Positions 57,996-64,000 of a DNA stretch of 64,000 nt are shown here, one piece after another. The notes under the pieces are model-generated. The model was not told the DNA's origin. It saw nothing but the letters and a program-made list of their open reading frames with translations, and did not search any database. Numbering within the stretch: the stretch's first letter is position 1; each line of letters starts with the position of its first letter. Where the stretch lies: NCBI RefSeq assembly GCF_000981445.1, contig NC_027218.1, positions 682,001 through 746,000 of the forward strand, written 5' to 3'. Both the position numbers and the translations under genes were made by a program. This DNA comes from Babesia bigemina (lineage: Eukaryota).

Positions 57996-58397
57996 TCATC
58001 TGCGAGCGAAGCAATTGCGGACCCTGTGGAACGGCCGGATGCGGAAGTAGCTCATGACGCAGATGACGATGATGAGGACGACGGGGACGATGATGTAAGG
58101 GGCGGGGTTGGAGGAAGCTGTGGTAGGCTGTTGAGTGGCGATTTGTTGCAAAGCATCGGGGCGAGAGGAAGCACGGCGTTGTTGTAGACAACAGTTACAT
58201 TGACATGTGTCGCTAGTGCACTTATTTATGCGTATATTACATCCCGATGGGCTGCACGACTTGCTATCCAAGCGCACTTGGTAGTGCTGCAAACATGTAC
58301 TGCACCTACCACTACTACTACACTTTTTACAACACCACGGGCAGCAGATACAAGTAGCGAAGTTACAATACGTATCACACTCACACTTGCCACTCAT
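57996..58397 (-). CDS. ves-linked cysteine-rich single-TM protein, 133 aa
   Basis: 18 Cys with nearly the same spacing as 13267-13713, TM, tail FRIRPFHRVRNCF. Confidence 0.85.
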   Translation of the reverse strand: MSGKCECDTYCNFATCICCPWCCKKCSSSGRCSTCLQHYQVRLDSKSCSPSGCNIRINKCTSDTCQCNCCLQQRRASSRPDALQQIATQQPTTASSNPAPYIIVPVVLIIVICVMSYFRIRPFHRVRNCFARR

Positions 58398-58420
58398 ATT
58401 CCCGCTCCCCTCCCACTCCC

Positions 58421-58543
58421 CTCAACCTGCAAACATATCAATCACTCAAGCAACGCACTCACCAACTGCAACACGTGCCACTGCCGCTCCCAGTCCTCTC
58501 AACCTGCAAGCATATCAATCACTTAAGCAACGCACTCGCCAAC
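58421..58543. repeat. Local direct duplication, ~46-nt core, 77-nt period
   Basis: CTCAACCTGCAA.CATATCAATCACT.AAGCAACGCACTC.CCAAC at 58421-58466 and 58498-58543. Confidence 0.85.
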
Positions 58544-59246
58544 CACTCATGAACACGCACCTCAGCTAAGGACACTGATGGTCTCTCACCGGCGCTACGT
58601 TAGCAGCAAGGTGACCTCCGTCTAAACAGGGTCAGTCACATCACGACTATGCTGCTATCACAACTGAAGTAGTGCCCAGTCAAGGCATGTGAACGGTATC
58701 CTGGCCATGGCATGCAGGTCAACCGGTACTAGTTGAGATGGCAACTCCCTATATCTGGTCACTCCAACTTGTAGATACCTTTATGCGCCACCACATTGTT
58801 GCGCTAACGACTTCCTATGTGAGATGAAATGCGCATTTGATATACTTATCATTTACGCTGTTCATATTAATGCCACATAACGATGCCGCCCACTGGCCAT
58901 CAGGTCACTGCCCCGGCGACGTTTATTGCCTAACAACGCACATGATAGCTACCATGTCAAACAGCCACGTGGCATACGACTCGCTTTCACTTATCACAAC
59001 ACGCTTCAGCAGCCTACGTTAGTGGCCGATTACCTAGCCTCACTGCCCACTATAACCATGAGAGGGCGTGGGCACGTTTCACAGGTGACTCACAACTCTA
59101 CGTCTCAAAACACGAACCCATTAATGCATGAACTAAATTAGCTGCCAAATTGCTGAGTGGATATTAGGTGATATATTTTGGTGAGTGTTAGGTTAGTCGG
59201 TGGGTTGCTAGGTAGTGGGTTAGGTAAGCGGTGGTGAGGTGATGCA

Positions 59247-62200
59247 TCAAGGTTGAAGGTAGGTGAGCTTGGCAAGTTTGCCGACACGTGCTGCGGCGAG
59301 TAGTGACTGCGCGGCGATGCGATGTGATGAGGGACTATGCAAATGCGATTTGATGTGGAGCAGGTCTAGGCGGATGACCATGATGTGGAGCAGGTACAGG
59401 AAGGAGAGGAGCCAGAGGGCGAGGACGAGGTAGGAGAAAGGTTCCCTAATCTTCCAAAGGAATTCAGGGATTGTTCTGTGAATAAGCTTGGAAAGTATTG
59501 AGCTGTCTGAGCAAACAACCTCCAGTTGTGCAATGAATGTTCTACATGTCTTCTTAGGAGTGGAAAATTTGCCGTACCGTCCTTTCAAGTGTTGCCGATT
59601 ACCGAATGTGAGTCCACAGTTATACAATGTCTGCATGGTATAGCGACAATTGAGGATGGAATTGCATCGGCTGCCGTGCTTCGTCGCTTTATGATTATTA
59701 GATTCATTGACGCCACAAATATCAACACAACCAGTGACAAGGCATTTTTTATATTCGGTTCCACAATTCGCATGACACTGTTTATACAGTTCGCATATTA
59801 AATTATAGAATGACTCGGTGAGATAGATAACCCACGACAGGTAATGAGGCGCATTGTATTTGCTGAAAATACGACATGTATCGGACGTCAATGCGTTAAT
59901 GTATGATCCACAGTATTTGTCGGTGGTGTAACATGTTTTGTCGAAGCTGTCTAAAGAGTGTAGGTCTCCGGCTTCATGACCCAATTCCTGTTTTGAGAAT
60001 GACTTAATAGTTGCATGGTCCGTGGAGTTTACCAGATTAGACACAGAGTTCAGGTCATAATCACTCCCAAAATATGCGTCTTTGACGGCTTCTCCGAGAG
60101 CATCCTTTCTATGCTCACCACTGGCATCCCAATCATAGAAAAAATTATAATAAAATGCAAACATTTCACCTAGTGTTTTTGGAGCACTAGGGAGAAGGCA
60201 ATTCAGTTGGCTGCATAGCTTACTGAGACACGCAGTTGAATCGCCACAGAAATCACCAACTACGCTTTTTAGGTGCGCACCCGTACTTCTGTGTGACGCT
60301 GTAACACTTATATCTGAGAATCCCATGGGTGTTATGCAAGGAGCAGAAACGTGGCTGGAAACTGTACATTTGATTTTGCCGGACTTGCCATCCAACGGAT
60401 GTGGAAGAAACCCGGGTAATCCATCCTCTAGAAAAGATTGTAATGGAGATCTGATGTCGCATCTGGGATGCTCACTGCAGTTGGTATTATTGCCACACTC
60501 AGCACACTGCAGCTCATTACATTGCCAATGAGACCCGGAAACCCCTTTGCCATACCAGCAGTTTGCCCATCCACTCATTTTGGTGTCATACCAACATTGT
60601 TTGTAAAGGAAATACAGCTGGTGGTGGAGACACCTGAGAATATCATGGAATAAGCACAATAACGTGATCAAGTCGGTGGGATAATGTAAATTTAGTGCAT
60701 TGTTAGAAAAGTCGCAAGCATATATGCCTCTGGCATGACCATGGCCGAGGATGGAAGTGAGGACGGCGTGCGAATTTCGGCAGACATCGCGTATTGTGGC
60801 TTGTATGTCGGCTGCACTGAATGATTCTGGATAGGCAGAGAGGGTGAGTTCAGAGGGATTCATCTTTGAAATATTTCTAGTTTCATCTTTTTGCGGCTTC
60901 GAGAAGAGACTTTTAATCTGATCGCGAAGCCCGCTGTATGCGCGACTGTGGCGTAGGCCGGACAACCAACACAACATTTCAAACACGCTAGTTGGAGCCT
61001 TATATGACTCAATAATACGCAATTGGTGTGCCTTGTAGTACAATTTCAGGTTATATGATAAATCAATGACGACTCCTTTGTACAACGCTGCTCTTTCGAA
61101 GAGTCTGTCGTTTTGTATAAGAAGCGTCAATATATTTTCGCCCTTCTTATCTTTGTTCAACTCGCCATTTTGTTTCTCGATGGCATCCGAAACTTTGAAT
61201 CCGCAGTTATCAAGCGAATTTCCAAGTGCACTATTGTCCCGTAAATCAATGTTCATATCTCGCCACTCATTGTCACAACGGTCAAGCAACCCGCTAAGGT
61301 CACGGTGTAAAGTATGTAAGATAGTCAAACCTATTTTGCCGAAATTATACCAACACCTCAAGTCCCAAGTGTCCCCGGAATATTTGTTGAAGTACGCCTT
61401 ACCAAGTTCGGTGCCAAATGCTTGCAAGCCGTTCTTGAGCGCCTCTGCCGGCAGATTGGACGGCTCTACAAGCGACTTAGGATGTATATGTGCAACCCAT
61501 TTATTCAACTCGGCTAGATTCGTGGAAACGGTATGATCGTAATCGTGCCTGGCAAGACCATCAAGGAGATTCTCAAGGTAGAGGGGTAGCTGGGAAACAA
61601 TATACCTGAGATAAGGCGGATTGTCGAATTCACTAGCGACATAATTATTTATTGACTTCAAATAATCCCTTATTTTGATGTATAGCACATCTAACGTCGA
61701 CGAATTTTTTAGCGCCTCGAATTTATTACCTGATTTTTCACCTTTAATCATTTTTAAAAAGCCCTTGATTCCAGAAGTTGTATCTGCAGCAAGTCTTCTT
61801 GTAATCTCATCAAACTGTTTTTCGACAGATTTTTCTAATACTTCTAACTCGAATATTCTCGCAGCCTTATACTGCTTCTCAGCCTCATGGATAATACGAT
61901 ACCTTGCATTCTCGGACGCTTGGGACAAATGCTTATGTATATCATTCACGCACTTCTCTGCCTTGTTCGGAATCGTATTGCTAAGGAAATCGGCGGCTTT
62001 TTTGATCAATTCGCCAAGGATGCGAGATTGCAATTCGTCAAGATCTTTAGAGATTTTGTAGATACTATCGTTACTTTCCATCGCCTTTTTATTAAAAAAC
62101 GTATCTCTTAGTGTTTCCAACTTTTGTTTGATACCTTCTTTACCGTGTTGATCATTGTCACCGTTTTCCTTGATGGCAGAGATGAGTTGTGTAAGGTTGG

Positions 62201-64000
62201 AGGTTATATTGCCGTATAAAGTGGAGAATGTATTTTCTTCAATGGCATCACGACGCCCGTTCTCAAAGGGTTCGAACTTAGCTAACCCCTGAGATTCTAT
62301 CTTCTGGATTTCATCGGTCAGCAATTCTCTCTTATTTTTCTCGCCGCCCTTATAACCATGCTGTTCAAGTTTCTCTTCAGTTAATTCACCTGACTCATCC
62401 CCCTGAAAATACTCATCAATGTTCGTTTGTACACCTTTAATAGCCATATGAATCGTACCGTTATTGTTATTCGCATGTCCATGATAATTTGGCATACTCC
62501 GCAGTAAGTTGCGTTTTATCGTGTTAATTGCCTCCATCAGCTTCGATTCGAGATCGTCGATGATGACACCGAAGAAATTTTTGGTGTTGAACTTATAATT
62601 TTCGAGATCCTTCAACACTTCCTTTAATTCTTTAAAATTGGTGTCTACTCTTTGCAATTTTTCTAGGGGATGACCGACGCCTCTACTTTTTCCCCACGCA
62701 TCGGCCCACTGCCACAAAGCTTTAGCATCACCGCGGTGATTCAAGCCATTCCTGAATTCTTGGATAAACAAGGCAGTACTCGTACCTTCATCCTGCGCAG
62801 CCGTCATAATTCCTTCCTTAAACTGAGTGATAACCTTCGTAATCTCAGCCATTATATGCTCTTTAACCTGCCCCCCCAAATCATCACGTACCTTGCCATC
62901 CAACTGATTGAGTTTTCCCTGCGCCTCAGTAATCTGATGCTTCAGAGTGCTCTGCAACGCTTTTAAAGTTTGCTTATATACATCTTCCAATTCCTTAACT
63001 GCCGATGAAATACTCCCTACCAACGGCTCCAGAACTGCTTTGGCGTTCTCGACGGCCTGCCGGAGGGCGTCGGCTTTTCTTTGTAACGTCTCCGCACTTG
63101 TTCTTATATTCTGCGGGTGCGTTTTGTTGTCCCTATCTAGAATTGCGTTTAATATAGCGTCAATCTGTGGAATAGCCTGAGTCACCAATAGCTCAGCGGC
63201 CTGAATCCATGTCGTCAAGGCCTGGACATGCTCTTTCAGCTTATCCCGTATTCTATCAATATCTTTATTGATAATACTAAAGACACTTGTCAAAGTCGAT
63301 TTATATTCGTCAACACGTTCTTTTATTTCATATTTAACATTATGTTCAAGAGTTTCCAACTCATTCTGTACTTTATCCGACAACTCCTGCAGATGCATAG
63401 CATTTCTGACTGCAGAACTGCCAAACCTCCAAATTTCACGCCTTATATGCCTTGAAGGCTCTTTCAGGTTATTTTGAAGTGAAGGGTCTAACGCTCGAAT
63501 ACCGGAATCGGGAGTATCCACAAGTGCGGTAATCGAAGCCTTAGCCTTCTGGATGCACCGATTCACATGTCCCTCAACGGATGTTAATTCGACATTTTCT
63601 TTCTTTATAAATTTAAGGTCTTTTGATAAATTTGACTTCAACTTCTTTAATTCATCTGTGACTTTCCCAACCTTCTCATGACAAACACGTTCCCAATTAA
63701 TAACTCCGCTCTCAACCGCTGACAAAAACCCTCCAAGACCCTTTTGGCCTGTTTGCAATTGGCTTTTCATGGTATCAACATCTTCATTTACACAACTCCA
63801 GTACGTTTTAACACTCTCATCCTCTTTAACACTCTCCAACACCCTGTGCAAAAACGCCATCACCGCATCACACAGCCTATCAAGGTCAGAATAGACAATT
63901 CCAGTCCCATCGTAGCCTTTGGTTTTTGGATCGAAGCCTAGGAAGGTTTCTAAGCCACAGCACAACTGTTTTAAAATAGGATTGGGGTCTCTTGTAAATT
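59247..64000 (-). CDS. VESA/ves-like protein D; 5' end outside the window; same subtype as protein B
   Basis: GYDGTGIVYSDLDRLCDAVMAFL, SPLQSFLEDGLPGFLPH, tail RLDLLHIKSHLHSPSSHRIAAQSLLAAARV..LA.LTYLQP shared with protein B. Confidence 0.92.
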   Translation of the reverse strand, partial: FTRDPNPILKQLCCGLETFLGFDPKTKGYDGTGIVYSDLDRLCDAVMAFLHRVLESVKEDESVKTYWSCVNEDVDTMKSQLQTGQKGLGGFLSAVESGVINWERVCHEKVGKVTDELKKLKSNLSKDLKFIKKENVELTSVEGHVNRCIQKAKASITALVDTPDSGIRALDPSLQNNLKEPSRHIRREIWRFGSSAVRNAMHLQELSDKVQNELETLEHNVKYEIKERVDEYKSTLTSVFSIINKDIDRIRDKLKEHVQALTTWIQAAELLVTQAIPQIDAILNAILDRDNKTHPQNIRTSAETLQRKADALRQAVENAKAVLEPLVGSISSAVKELEDVYKQTLKALQSTLKHQITEAQGKLNQLDGKVRDDLGGQVKEHIMAEITKVITQFKEGIMTAAQDEGTSTALFIQEFRNGLNHRGDAKALWQWADAWGKSRGVGHPLEKLQRVDTNFKELKEVLKDLENYKFNTKNFFGVIIDDLESKLMEAINTIKRNLLRSMPNYHGHANNNNGTIHMAIKGVQTNIDEYFQGDESGELTEEKLEQHGYKGGEKNKRELLTDEIQKIESQGLAKFEPFENGRRDAIEENTFSTLYGNITSNLTQLISAIKENGDNDQHGKEGIKQKLETLRDTFFNKKAMESNDSIYKISKDLDELQSRILGELIKKAADFLSNTIPNKAEKCVNDIHKHLSQASENARYRIIHEAEKQYKAARIFELEVLEKSVEKQFDEITRRLAADTTSGIKGFLKMIKGEKSGNKFEALKNSSTLDVLYIKIRDYLKSINNYVASEFDNPPYLRYIVSQLPLYLENLLDGLARHDYDHTVSTNLAELNKWVAHIHPKSLVEPSNLPAEALKNGLQAFGTELGKAYFNKYSGDTWDLRCWYNFGKIGLTILHTLHRDLSGLLDRCDNEWRDMNIDLRDNSALGNSLDNCGFKVSDAIEKQNGELNKDKKGENILTLLIQNDRLFERAALYKGVVIDLSYNLKLYYKAHQLRIIESYKAPTSVFEMLCWLSGLRHSRAYSGLRDQIKSLFSKPQKDETRNISKMNPSELTLSAYPESFSAADIQATIRDVCRNSHAVLTSILGHGHARGIYACDFSNNALNLHYPTDLITLLCLFHDILRCLHHQLYFLYKQCWYDTKMSGWANCWYGKGVSGSHWQCNELQCAECGNNTNCSEHPRCDIRSPLQSFLEDGLPGFLPHPLDGKSGKIKCTVSSHVSAPCITPMGFSDISVTASHRSTGAHLKSVVGDFCGDSTACLSKLCSQLNCLLPSAPKTLGEMFAFYYNFFYDWDASGEHRKDALGEAVKDAYFGSDYDLNSVSNLVNSTDHATIKSFSKQELGHEAGDLHSLDSFDKTCYTTDKYCGSYINALTSDTCRIFSKYNAPHYLSWVIYLTESFYNLICELYKQCHANCGTEYKKCLVTGCVDICGVNESNNHKATKHGSRCNSILNCRYTMQTLYNCGLTFGNRQHLKGRYGKFSTPKKTCRTFIAQLEVVCSDSSILSKLIHRTIPEFLWKIREPFSYLVLALWLLSFLYLLHIMVIRLDLLHIKSHLHSPSSHRIAAQSLLAAARVGKLAKLTYLQP

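Noticed and set aside
1..64000. CRISPR arrays, tRNA or rRNA genes
   Set aside because: None seen; the sequence is eukaryotic with no repeat-spacer structure.

Overview
Eukaryotic, intron-containing DNA from a Babesia piroplasm (B. bigemina/B. ovata-type, inferred from the ves-like genes and the ~35-40 nt GT-AG introns). A GC-richer housekeeping block at ~21.4-48.4 kb holds Vps52, V-ATPase G, NAA40, RPL23A, Paf1, a secreted protein, SFT2, RCC1, a plasmepsin V-like protease, a USP, ispH, DUF3228 and an AIFM3-like reductase. It lies between two copies of the same four-gene cassette: large ves-like gene (+), 59-65 aa single-TM microprotein (+), 18-Cys single-TM protein (-), large ves-like gene (-). 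Cassette 1 spans ~3.65-21.35 kb; cassette 2 runs from ~48.5 kb past the window end. The cassettes share ~1.1 kb 5' modules, 3' elements and spacer motifs. RBM39-like, 7TM and GAPM genes precede cassette 1. The best leads are the ves-linked small membrane protein system, a ~500 nt G.U-rich structured RNA candidate at ~26.95-27.47 kb, and a plasmepsin V-like enzyme that appears to lack its C-terminal anchor. All exon models, alignments and foldings were done by eye.
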